A DNA stretch of 64,000 nucleotides from Fistulifera solaris. Taxonomy: Eukaryota. Every line of letters begins with the position of its first letter. Positions within the stretch are counted from its first letter, which is position 1. The DNA is taken from positions 1,798,001 through 1,862,000 of the forward strand of contig AP026124.1 in NCBI GenBank assembly GCA_030295235.1. The letters are read 5' to 3'. The position numbers were made by a program, and so were the translations under genes. The notes beneath the pieces are model-generated. The model searched no databases, had not been told where the DNA came from, and saw nothing but the letters and a program-made list of their open reading frames with translations. Shown in pieces: positions 46,123 through 59,300 of this stretch.

Positions 46123-46928
46123 GTTCCGAGGATGAATGAAAAGGAGCAAGCACTGGTTTTTATTTATTTTCTTCGTTTTGCCAATCTTTCCCACCAACAA
46201 ACGAAAAATGTTTTCTTGGCGCTGCATCAATGATGCGTCTGTCCATCGTCAAAACGTGGTTTTCACGTAGGCGACTGTACCTGGTAGACGCCGTTGGAAA
46301 TTTATCGATGTACTGTGAGAACCGGATATTTCAGTAATAATTCGATTAGACAAACTTTTGGGTCTGATGAGTGGCGCGAATTTCATTATTTCTATTTTCA
46401 TCAAAATGGCTGAAGCATGTCTGCTTTCATTAATTGATCGTAATTTATCGTCAAAACAATACAAAAATGTTAGATCCGATGCCTCGAAAGTCTACGTGTA
46501 TTTCACGTACGGCGTGTAGGAAATTTTAATCGATGTAGGGGCTACCCGGATATTCAATAATGTGAGAATGTGATCCTTTGGGTCTACAGCTCTCCATTGG
46601 CAATGTTTTTGTCTGACGTCTTGTTCTCATGGGGAGCAAAGCAATAATCGACTTTTTTTGGACCGGAAAACGTAGAAACCGCAAAAGATGCAACACTTCG
46701 AAAGTCTACGTGACTTGTACGTATATAAACGCTCATAGGGACGTATATTTTAGATGAGAACCCGGAAGTGGAACGACAATTGATTTGCGAGTGGCGATTA
46801 TTCCGCCGATTGCCGATTGCCGATTGCCGACAAGCAATTGTAATAATCTACTTGGCAGTATCATTCTATAATACATTAGTGAAGAAAGCCCTCTCCTCGT
46901 AATAGTGTTGAATATATCTCGTTTCGTT

Positions 46929-49900
46929 ATGGCGAGTAGCACTTTGTCGGTAACGGCAAAGGGTATCACAAGGCTCCCTAATCCAGTGAAAGGACAAGCC
47001 GATTGGAGAGAATATCGAACGTATCGCTTATCGAATGGCGTCACGATTTGCCTTGTCCATGATCGAGAAAGCAAAACAACAGCAGCAGCTGCTACTGTCA
47101 ACGTTGGGGCCAGTGCGGATCCGCGATCTATGCCGGGCATCGCGCATTTCTGCGAACAGTAAGACCATCCAATCCTCGGGAATGTTTTGTCAGAGTCGGT
47201 CATCTCACAATGTCCGTAGCATGCTCTTTTTAGGTAGCAAACGATACAGCGGGGAAAACGACTACAAATCATTCTTGGCACAGCACGGTGGTCGCTCTAA
47301 TGCGTCCACTTCAATGCATGGGACTACATATAAATTCGAAGTGTTGGCTCCGCACGCAGAAAAGGCGTTTGACATTTTCAGCGCGTTCTTCGTATCACCT
47401 CTTTTCACACATTCGGGCACATCGCGGGAAATTTTAGCGGTCGATTCGGAGAATGTCAAAATTTAACTGCCGACGAAAGGCGCCGATTGCAAGTATTAAA
47501 AGACTTGGCAGATACCAATCATTATTATTCAAAGTTTTCTACTGGAAATTCAAAAACGATGCCAACAACAACACCGGAGGAAGTCGAGCATCTCCGAGAC
47601 GTTCTCTTGGCTTTTCATGCGAAGCACTACAGACCTGATATGCTTACGGTGGTGGTAGCTGGGCCTCAATCGCTTGACGAATTGGAAAGTTGGACGATTC
47701 CTCGCTTGGCCGAAATGAAAGCGAGACCGTTTCCCGAATCCGGCAGCTCCATGACACGAGCCGAAATCCTTGTCGAAGAAGGCGCCAACGAAGCTCCTGC
47801 TTATAGCTTTGATGAGCTTAGTGCCGATAGCAGCGCAACAGTCTTTCGGTCTCCGTTTCGTTCTGATGTCCAGGGTGGGCAATGGCCTATTATGATCACA
47901 ACAAAACCTGTGCGACCAGTGCGACGCCTCGTCATGATGTTTCCCTTGCCCTCCGTGCACTTGTTGTCGGATAGATCACCAGTGTCGGTGTTAAGCCATC
48001 TGCTTGGTCATGAAGGTCCCAACAGTCCCTTCGCTGTGCTTCAAGACGCCGGACTGTTGAGTTCCTTGTCAGCCGGTCCACGGACTTCGGGCCCGGACTT
48101 TACATTGTTTCAAGTAGATATGGGATTGACGGAAAATGGAGAAAAAAACTGGAGACAAGTGGTTGATGTCATCATTCAACATTGTCGTCTCATTCATGAG
48201 GCTACCACACGACTACCCACTTGTGGAGGAGACGCAGAAGGGACAGTTTTGATGTACAACGCATCTGGGCGGAGTCGACAAAATTGAGAGCTTTGTTTTT
48301 CCATCAAACATCTCCCGGTTCTGTTTATGAACTGGCACCAAACCTGTCGTCAAATATTGTCAAGTACGGGAGCGAAAAGGCGTTGTCAGCGGGAAGTATG
48401 CTGAACGAGACAATTGAGACTTGTCCTTTAGAGTCCATTGGCGAGTTTTCCTCCCGACTAACGACAGAGAACTGCATAATAGAAAGATGTAGCCAGAGTG
48501 CGTGGGAAGAAATGGAAGGAATAGAAGAAAAGGCAGGTTCGATTGGTGGCATTAAACGTGTGACAGAAAAATGGTACGGAGTTGATTATTTCTTATCTTC
48601 TATCACACCCGAGGACACAGAAGCATGGAATGATCGCTCGGGCAAAGCATCGTTTTTTAATGCTCGGTCTCTTCTAAAGCTACCCAGACCGAACACGTTC
48701 ATACCAGGATCTCTTGAGTTATCGGATGAATTACCCGAAGAGGCAAAGAGTGGCCCTCGAATTGACAAGCCGATAGAGTCTCCTAAGTTACTTGTGGATG
48801 AAAAAGCAAAACGTCTTTGGCATCGATTGGATGATCGATATGCCTTGCCGAAGTCGGTAATAAAGATACTTATCCGCAATGCCTCTGTAGCCCACGAAAA
48901 GCCATCGGACCGCAATGTCTGGATTCCCAGCCATGAAGCAGTTGTTCATTCAACTATACTTTCCGCTATATATTCTGGAAGCAATGGCTCAGGAAATATA
49001 CGACGCTGATCTCGCTGGTTCGCATGCTAGTTTGTTACTCTCGACATCTGGGATACATATTAACTGCAGCGGCTTCTCAGATCGATTAGGCGACCTCGCG
49101 CTGAAGATATTGAATGAATTTTTATCTGGAGACTTTCTCACCGAAAGATTCTTTCAATCCGCACAAGACCGAGTCTTGAGGAGTCTGAAAGGTTTTTTCG
49201 AGTCGAGGAGAGCCGACACTTATGGCGTTTATTATCGAGACTTCTTGTTGAGTTCCTTGGACTCAGGAATTGAGGATGCGCTCTTAATAACCAAAGGTGC
49301 TACTCTTCACACGACTAAAACTTACTTCCAAAAACTTTTACAGAATCCAGAAAGCTCCATAGAGTGCTTCTGCATAGGTAATGTTTCAAGAAAGGATGCC
49401 CAAACTTTCTTTTCCGACGTTTGCCGTGCAATCGATAATTTCACTTCTCTTGGACAGTCGAGCCGAACGGCATGGATACCCGATAATATTGAACGGTTGC
49501 TTCCTCGGCGGGACATAGAGCTTCATTTTACGAGCCGTAATCCTCAGGAAGAGAACGGTTCTGTTCTGGTCACTTTCCAATCCTCGATTCCGGGATTCCG
49601 GGGAGAGCCTCTTTCTTCTAATGAGAATCTCAGGAGCTCATCTTCGATCCGTCTTCTCTGTCAAATTTTAAGGGAGCCTCTCTTCGATGAGCTGAGAACA
49701 AAGCAAACGATCGGCTATATAGTGAGTTCGTATTACGATGTTGCTCATTCAACTATACCGGATACAGAGCAAACATATCATCATTCTACCGTCCCAATTG
49801 ATTATGTCGTAATCAACGTATTGAGTCGTAAACTTGCACCCCCAGAAATCGTTAAGCGCGTCGATGAGTTTCTTCTTTCGTTCAGAAAATTGTTAGAAAA

Positions 49901-50459
49901 CATGCCCGTGTCAGAGATTTCGCACCATAAAGATGCATTGAGTGCCAAGCTGATGAAACCAACCCAGAAACTTGGCGAAGAAGCTTCACGCTGTTTCAAC
50001 AGGATAAAACGATATGCTCCCGAAATTTTGGGAAACAAGGAAACTAGAAGGAACTCTCCCAATTTATTACCTTGGGATAATTCTCACGCTTTGGCTGGTG
50101 CGATTCGTTCTCTAACAAGGGAAGATCTTCTTGTCACCTACGACGAACTCATGGCACCCGGAAAACGATCGCGCATTGTTTCTTGTGTTTATGGGAAGAG
50201 TTTTCCCTTGTCGACAAACTTCGAGAAAGCTTCAAGCGACTTTGTCGTGGTCAATGACACTTCGCGAATCATAGCACTTCGCAATAAGCTTCCGGTGTAT
50301 GGTCACAGCGGTCGCAATGATCCGATCCGGTTGTCGTCTCCCACATTTTCCTTAAACCACATGAGAGTGGCTGTAATTGGATTAGCCACCGCAGCTGTTG
50401 TTGGGGCTTCTTGGTGTCTTCTGACATCTCGCTCAAAGAAGCTAACAAAAAGTAATTAA
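46929..50459 (+). CDS. M16 insulinase/IDE-like metalloprotease with C-terminal TM anchor (intron 47159..47219; three apparent frameshifts)
   Basis: GIAHFCEHMLFLGS (HxxEH after splicing), GGRSNAST, FSTGN, SHLLGHEG, LPRPN.FIP, FDELRTKQTIGY. Confidence 0.9.
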
Positions 50460-50619
50460 TAGTTTATCCTTAAGCCGTTTTCAGGTTCATTGTCGATTGT
50501 TAAACAGAGTAAACTTTTTCCCTTTAAAATGCTACGATCAGACGTTTAGATAAACTACTATATTCGTTGTGCTAAGCGATTTCAGATTCAACAAAGGTAA
50601 TCAATCGATGGTCTCGTAC

Positions 50620-53600
50620 TCAAGCCAAAGTCAAACCACTTTGTTTGAACATACTGTCGAGCCCTGACTGCAATTTGGGGTCCATGCTTTGAAGAATGGG
50701 AGCTATGCTTTGTCGGTGGGTTGAAAGTATTGCGTGTAACGCCTTCACAAAGAAATCCTGAGAATTCTCCACTTCCTTGAACGGATCTTCGACTGCTTTA
50801 CTGGCGTAAATCAAGTTAGAGAATTTGTTGTCGTAAGCTACGTCGTCGCCAATATCGTCATGCTTGATATCAAAATGATCCTTCAAAGTAGGCGAAGAGA
50901 GGATAGAGGTGACAGCGGAAAGGGCGTCAGCAAAGGATTGAGGTCCGCTTGCATCATTCAAAAGACTGGCGTTTCACTGATTAGCCGCGTAAGACTGATC
51001 ACCTGTACTTTAGCTGGGACACGCTGAGTGGGAGGGTCGGTCTTCAAGCGTGGGAGCCAGATTTGAATCAGAAGCATAGCAGCGAGGCCAGGTTGAATGT
51101 TATTGCTGCAATCAAAGAAGACTTTACCACCAAAGCGCCCGACAAACAGTGCAAAGAAATGTGTCACATGCACCGCGAGGCGCGGAGTCTTGCCCTCTTG
51201 GAGTCGCGCTAAAATAAGCTTCATAATGGTCGGCAATCGGGCAGCCATTTCTTCTTGGGGGAAATGGATCAACGACGAGTTCAAAAGTTCAAAAGCACTT
51301 GCCTCTGAACCCTTGGTGGATAGCAGCTTTTGGAAAACGCCAAGGATAGGATTGAGTTGGGGTACCAACTCCGACGATGCCTTGGTTATGTAAGCCTGAA
51401 CAAGACGTACAAGAGCGGGTATGTTCCCTCGTTTTTCCCAAATGTCAGGTTTCAAAAGAGGGCTCCACAACTGGCTGTATGCATGTCCCAGTCCAGCCTC
51501 AGCAGGCCTGTACTCAAGCAGCTGCGCGAGAATTTGGAACACATAAGGAGTGAATTCCATTACATCTTGTTGCAAAATAGTTGTGAAAGGCTCAAAGAGA
51601 AGAGGTTCGAAACCCTCGGTCGCTTGTGGATTCATAGAGCAAACGTTCCTGATCAAAAGGGCGATCGATTCGAATACATAATGATTGAATTGAGGATTCT
51701 GTGGGTTTTTCGCAATTCGAATCAGTACCCCGGTCAGCTTCTCTATGACAATCTTGGTCACAGAAGTCACACTATCTCCGGCGGTGAAGAGCACTCGTAA
51801 CACACACTTCATGACATAGTCGTTCACGTCAAGCTCTTCGTTGTCAATAATCACAAACAAGGCAGTGAAGATTGAATCCAAATGGGCTTGAATATCGCCG
51901 CTTCCAACAACGAAACCCTTTGATACGTCCTGTGGATTCTCACGTGTCATTAAGATTCGTTCGATTGTGTACGCCGAGAACGTGTGAACAACCACCACAG
52001 GAGAGCCGAGATGTTCAGTGATCATCGGTATCAATTGCAGAAGCTGAGCCTTATTGAATTGATGGCGAAACACACCGACAAATTTTAGCGAGGTGGCCTT
52101 GACAACCGGGCGCGCGTTGTGATTCTTATCTTGCAGCTCAGGAACAATTTGGGATTGGAAGAAATCCATTAAGCTTACCCCGGGATTCAGCTCTGAAACG
52201 CCGTATGCAGTACTTTCAGCACGAATCGCAATGGACATCATCAAATGAACTGCAGCATCCTTCGATACCCATTTGTTGTTAGGGTCGGTCGAATAGTCGT
52301 TGAGCATTGCTCCGATGTGCTCCATGCAAATGGACGTTACTTGGGTCTCAAACTTGCGACAGATCTCTTTCAACAAATCTTGACTGCAACGACGGCGAGA
52401 TTCCGAGTGGCTTCCTTCCACTTCCGTAACGAGAAATTCTCGTGGGTGGTCTTCAAATCGTTCTTCGTCACTCTCACGAAATCGCAAATTAGGGATGACG
52501 GTGTTTTTCACAATTTCCCGCAACGCCGTCTCGTCTTGGAACAATCCTCTGTGCATTTCTCTAGAGACCAACATAGTCAGGAACTTCATGCTCGAATTGG
52601 CTAATAGATCTTGCTTTGGCAGAGGAGAGACGTTTGTTAAAAGATTCCACACCAGCTGAAGAAAACTAGGGAGGTACGGTAGGAATGGTTCCTCATCCTT
52701 GCTCCCATAAAGATGAAGGATCTCGATGACAGAAGAGTGAAGATTATCAAGTGGACCGGGCTCGTTTTCCTCGTCAGGGTCGACTACGATCGGATTGTTG
52801 TATTTCAAATACTTGGTAAACTCTTCCATAAACTCTGCCATATGGTCTTCGAAAAACTCCGGCAAATCTTGGTAATTCAAAGAGTAGAAGATACGACACA
52901 TGATGCTCAAGCATTCAAGATAAATCTTCAACTGGGCGGCGTCGTTGGATACGGCCTCCATTCCTTGTCCAACTTTCTTGAAAAGAGCCAAAAGAGGAAC
53001 TTGAATACCATTCAAAGTGTAAGCAATCACAGCATAAAGAGCATCGCTGCGTTGGACGTAGCGGAAACTATTGAAAATAGAATCGGCCGTCTTGAGCACA
53101 CCCATGAGGACTGTAGGATCAGTCGTGTTGAATTGCTGAATGAGTTCCCCGAGCAAGTTATCCCACTTTTGGGGGTAGTCGACTTTTGCGATCAAACTAA
53201 TAGACTCAGTGAGTTGCAACTGGATCTGTGGCGGTGTCGTGCACATGAGCTGAACTAGATGAGTCTTGATAGTCACTCGATCATTATCAGAAATGATGAT
53301 GCCATCGTTTCCTTCCTCGCGATTGACGTCCCAGCCTTTCTTGATCAAGTTTTTGAAGTGCACGGCAGCCGCTTGACGGATGGCCACGTGCGATGCATCT
53401 GAGGCCACGAGCTGCAAAACACGCAACGGATGGCCTGGCGTGACTTGTGATGCAGTCAAGAGACTCTCGGCTAGAAACAATGTAAAATGGAATCGATGAG
53501 AAAGCTCACTCATCAACAATGTCGTCAGTTCGAATTCGTACCTTGCTTACGAGTGTTGTTGTCATGATGCAACGTTTCAGCAATCACGCGGGTAAGATCC

Positions 53601-53626
53601 TCGCTAGAAGTAATAAGGTTCGCCAT
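50620..53626 (-). CDS. CSE1: Exportin-2 CSE1/CAS (intron 53471..53541; frameshift near 50960)
   Basis: AAAVHFKNLIKKGW, FYSLNYQDLPEFFEDHM, NPQNPQFNHYVFE, EFTPYVFQILAQLLE. Confidence 0.95.
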
Positions 53627-54001
53627 GGTTATTAAAGGTATAAGATGCGTTACGAATGAGTAGGTATGATCTTGTTGTGATGAATGGGTATGAAAATGAA
53701 GTGGCTGCGCGAAGCGAGGAGTTTGGTTTCGCTTGCTATCAATGTCTCATAGTACATTTTCAGTAGATTGATTATCCGTTGTATTAGTTGTTCAATAATA
53801 AACCGTTAATGATTAACATTCAACAGCTTGAACGGTCAAGAAGTAGTGATGTAGTGGCGTACCGGTACTGGTTCTGCAGCACGGTATTACTATTACTATG
53901 GATTAGGTTTAGTTCTTTTGTTCAAAAAATTGAGGAATAATATCATGTAAGTAGATGGCTACGTCAAAGTACCAGCTCTCTAGAGAAGTATTCGATTTCT
54001 A

Positions 54002-55544
54002 CTAAACCATCGAAATTCCTGGCCAAGCCTGAATCCATGCCTCTTGCATTGCCGTCGCCAGCTGAGGGTGATTCGCTTGGAAAGCAGCGGGATCTTCAGC
54101 ATAGCCTGAATCGATGAAAAAACGAATGTGTATGTGTCAGGCAACTAGTTTAATCAAGTAGGTCGAGAACGAAGGAATCATCGTGTACTTACAGACAATG
54201 ACTGTGTTGATAGCAGAACCAACGACGCTGAGAATGACAGAGGAAAAAAGAAAACCAACCAATAAGCCCACAAAGAAAGCCGGTCCGTGAGCTTCCTCGT
54301 ATCCCAGGCTTACAAACATATTAGGACTCATGTACCCCAATACGAGGCCAACGATACCACTCGCAAGCCCAATTGATAAAGCAATGAGAGACAAGACATT
54401 CGCTGCCAAGTCGTCAGTGATGACAACGGTCCAGCCCTTGTTCTGAAACAGCTCGACAACATTCTTTCCAGCTTCCAAATAGGAAAAACCATACATGCCA
54501 ATATAAACATACGCCCATCTGTTGACATATTCAATAAAGGACTCGATGCAAGCCAGAATGCATTGTATGATACAAGTCAGAAACTGGTAGTCACGTTCAT
54601 CACGCGTATATTGTTCGAGTGCCCGTAAAGCCTGAACGATGGCCACTAAGAAGCTCCCGAAACAAATCGATCCAAAGGACGAGGTGAGCGCCCGATATAA
54701 ACTATCCCGTTGAGCTTGACTGAACCAACTTGTGGCTTCGTCTGGGACAAACCACCACGTCGCGACAGTCCCCGCCGTTGTCACGTGCATTGTGTTCTGA
54801 AGGACTTGGTGTACCCAGTAGTATGACAAAAACTAAAGTAATGGGTCAGATTTTTCTATTTGTATACTGTGCCTCGTACAAAAAGAACTCACCAAAAAGA
54901 AAAATCATGGCCAAGTTTTCGCCCTCCAAATAATTACCCAGCCCCAGGAACCACAGAAGCGTCCATACAAACGCCAGCCCAGTAAAGACAAACGATATCC
55001 CGGTCAAACCCAGATTCTGCTGTACGGCGCTCAAAGCCGTCTTTAGATTGACCGCCGCAAAGGGAATGCGCGACCACACCATTCGGGCGTAACAAATACC
55101 AATGGCGAAGCTTACGAGACCAAGCACTCCCATCAAAATGGATCCCGCCATGAATCCAACAATACCCACAGCTAAACTGGATGCCACCGAAAAGTAAAGA
55201 GCCGTCTGTACCAGCGATTCCGCATTCTTCATCATGAACGATAAGGCCGCAATCGAAAATCCTACCGAAGCGACACCCGTCACGGAAACTGTGAAAATGA
55301 TTCCACCATGGGCTCCGGACGTAATTCCCCCCGACGACTGCAAGCCGGCGAATATCATGCCGACTACAATCAGTAAATGTACGTAAAAGGCCACCGCCCA
55401 CATGACATCTTGAAATTGATGATTCGGCGTGGGTCGAAGATGCGTGCTTTCCGTGGCGGCGTATTCCGAAGAAGCCGCGTGATAAGGCACATGGCTAGTG
55501 TGATCGGAAACCGAGACGCCTTGAATGATGGGTACGTTTGACAT
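54002..55544 (-). CDS. Choline transporter-like (CTL/SLC44/PNS1) protein; introns 54833..54892 and 54106..54192
   Basis: Multiple TMs; RIPFAAVNL, HVTTAGTVATWWF, TSSFGSICFGS, NRWAYVYIGMYG, TVIVC/YAEDP. Confidence 0.9.
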
Positions 55545-56398
55545 GTTGTGAAAGAATGATGTTATTTACCTTGGACTCGCACAGTTTGTGCTTCGTTTTT
55601 ATTGACGCTGTTAGCTTTCACGACAGCACGACTTGATTTTGAGCGTATTCATGATGATTTCACGAGGGAGATACAGTACTGAAAGTGTCGCAGCGGGAAC
55701 CAAAACTTCAGGGCCTCTAGAGTAAACACGAAAGACAGATCTGCACCGAAATTCGATTTCATCAATCCATAAAAGTACTCCGTATTGTGCAATGATCTTA
55801 TCGATAATTCTTTTCTATAGCTAGTTTACTTTCCTCATTAGCGAAACGAAAGGAGCATTAACATAAGAAAGCAACTGAACTAAAATTCGCGATCAATTGT
55901 AGAGAATGTGTGTCAGTCGATGCTTTTTCTGCAGTCCCCGAATCTATGAATGCATTTCTCTTACCAGAAAAGTCTAAACAACAAGTTCACGTCCATTCAG
56001 AATAGCAACAAGAGCAATAGATGCAACAGATGGGTATTCGGGATAGGTTGGTTATCCAAAGCACAGAAACCACTTTGGCTGCGTTTGTAGTTCATCCTCA
56101 AGTTTCAGCTACCCTAATTTGACTATAGTGTAAAAGTGTTGGCGACTTTTTTTCATGACTGCGGATGTCAGTCATGAATGAAGAATAACGAGCGGTTCTG
56201 CGTTGCAAAGCAGCTTTTGACATTGAACAAGTATTTGTTGTTGTTAGTTGCTTTGCTTGAAGAACCACAATACCATTGCAACACTGGTAACTTCTTGCCA
56301 GAACAAATTCAACTGAATTCTTTTGAAGGAAGTGGCGGGCGACGTCTAGTTCGATTGATAATTGTGGGTCTTGTTATTATTTGTACACACCACAGTCA

Positions 56399-59300
56399 AT
56401 GTCCGGTTTTGGTGGAGGGTTCGGCTCGCAGCAGCCGTTCGGTTCGTCTAATTTCGGCGCTGCACCTGGATTCGGCGGTGGCTTTGCGAGCAATCCAACC
56501 AATGCGTCACCACCAGCATCAAATCCTGCGTTTGGTTCCGTAGGGGGATTTTCGTCAGCGCCTCCTTCAGCTCCTGGTTTTGGAGCGTTCCAGCAACAGC
56601 CTGGGACGATTGCCTTTGGTGTTTCACCCAACGTCGTTCCATCCTTCAATAATGCGCAACCCTTTCAGGGAACTTCGGGATTTGGTCAGTCAGCAAATTT
56701 GAGCAGTTTTGGACCTACGAGTAGCAATTTCAATTCGTCGCAATTTCCGCAACAATCATCATCGAATCGACAAGGATTTTCCAACAGCACTATCGGAGCC
56801 TCTCCCTTTGGTACTACCACATTACATCCTCCGTCACTGTTTCAAACACCAAGTAGCGGAAATTCCGCGGGGAACCCTTTTGGCGGCATGGCTCCGCCAT
56901 CGCACAACCCCTTCGGATCCGTATCGGGAGGTACGACCATGTCCTTTGGAGCATCTTCGAGCCTTATCCCGAGCGGCCCGCGTTTTGGTAAAAATAATGA
57001 AAAGAAGACACAGTCGAGTGCGCCGTTCGGCATGTCACCCTTCGGAATAGCCAGTCGAATGATGGATGACGAAGAAAGAATGGACGATGAACCGGCGCCG
57101 GCGACCAACCTGCCTTTCGGAACGCCTGTGTCGATCGGATCCAGTAAAACATTGAGAAATCCTTCAACAAAATCATCTATTGTCAGAGAGCAGAACCAAA
57201 CGAGTACTATTCAGGACGATGTCGAAGCGTCGAAACAAGATTTACTCGCCAAGCTCAAAGCGAAAAAAGAGAAACTGGTACGTTTGGCCGAGAAGAAGAA
57301 CAAGGCGAAAAGTAACAACGAAGGAGCGACACTGAATCCGAATGCACCCGTTTTTGAACCCCGCACCAAACCAGAAGAGACCAACAGCAGTCTCGCGGAG
57401 AAGAACGCTGTCCGTTTTGCCGGTGCCACGAATCAAGCTACCCGAGCTCTCATGCCGACCGAGTTAGCCGGAGCGGCCGTTGACTACACCTCGTTACGTG
57501 TTGAGGGACGGAAAGACCGTGAAAATTTAGAAAACGCCGTTTCGTTGGTGGGGACATGTACATTTATGTGTCCTGATGAAGAATTACTTCGTCGCGAGCG
57601 GGAAAGCGACATCCAGCTTCTCGAAATTCCATTGCCTGGAAAGTTGCACCCTTCGGATTGGACACTTCGCAATACAGTGGTGAAGCGCTTTCGTCGATCG
57701 GCTGCCGATTATAAGCTGGACGTTCCTGAATGGGTCCGGCCTCCGGACGTTCTGGAACGTGTGTGCGGATATTTAGAAGAATGGGTGATGGTAAGTTGAA
57801 CCTGCCCGATGCGATGGGAGTGATTCAGTTTTTTAGCTAACTATGTTACAGGAGCGTGACCGACAAGGACCCGATCCGCGGTTTCCCAACAATGGCACGC
57901 CGCCACCTCTTGATGTCTATCAATTCATTTGGGACAGAACACGAATGGTGCGAAAGGATTTTACACTTCAAAATTACGTCGGTACAGGTGGAAATTGCGA
58001 CGCTCGAGCTGTTCGGTGCCACGAAAGAATCTGCAGATGGCATACCATGTGTGAGCATCAGCTCAGCCATATACAAGAATTCGTATCGATGCAGAGTCAG
58101 CAAAATATCCAGGAACTTGGTCAAACCATGAAAACGCTCAATCAATTGTATGATGACTCATTAGGGAGATCAACTATTGAAGTGCCGGACAAAAGTGGAG
58201 CTGAAACGGAAAGGAACTTGGCAACCTATAAGTATGGCTGCACCGAAGACACAGTACAAGGGATTAATCCAATTGACTACGACGGCACGACCTTGAAAAA
58301 TGAAACGGACACGAGATCGTTGATTGGTAGTGCAATAGGCCAGAGTCCGAGTCGAGGAACCGCTGAACCGGAAATGCGCGGACTGTATATTCTGCTAACG
58401 ATAGACAATGATGGTGGTATGGAAGTTTTGAAATATGCTGCACGGCTCTTTCGAGACCGGCCAGAGCTATACCACTCGCGGCCTGTTCAGCTTGCTCTTT
58501 CGATCTACAAGGTAGGTTGGTAATTTTGCTATGCGTTTGGCCTGAAATTTACTGACTCTTCGAAAAGGCGAAGAAAGAGAACAACTATGCTCGTTTCTTC
58601 AAAATTTTGAAATCATCGTCCACTCCATATCTTTTCGCTTGTCTCATGTTCAAGCACGTCGAATACATGCGAAAGAAGGCTTTTGAGATCTGTAACAAAG
58701 CGTATGGTGGTCGCACCAAAGACGGCGATACCCTCTACGATTCGTATCCTTTAAGAAGGTGGGAAGCTCTCCTGTGCTATGAAGACATTGATGAAGCGCG
58801 TAAGGCTTGTAAGCACTACAATATTACAGTGAAAAAGCAGCCTTACAAGTCGTCCTCGGGAACGATGCGAGAGGAAGAGTTCATAACGTGGAAAAGTTCT
58901 TTTTCAGCGAGCCGAGGGACCCTGACAAGGGCGTAATCATCGCGTTAAGGCCCAAAAAAATGATTAAAACGATCGAGAGTAAGCTTCACGGGGCTACCAG
59001 ATTGGCTGTGTGTCGGGGCGCACTTAGCGGAAAGGGATCAGTTTTAAAAGAAATGGTGGGTTCGCCCCGCTTGGCCATCGACCTACAAGTATCAGATGAC
59101 AGAGAGGCAGCATTTCATTTACAGAAAGAGAAAGAAGAAATGAGCAGAAAAAGAGAAAAAAGCAAAGACGGATCTTTTGCTGGACCAACAGCGTGAAGAG
59201 GAGGATCTCCGGAAGAGTCGTGAAGAAGAAGAGAGAAAGCGTTTGGAACGCGAGCGAATTGAGCAGGAAGCTGCAAGACGTCGCCAAGAGCTGGAAGATG

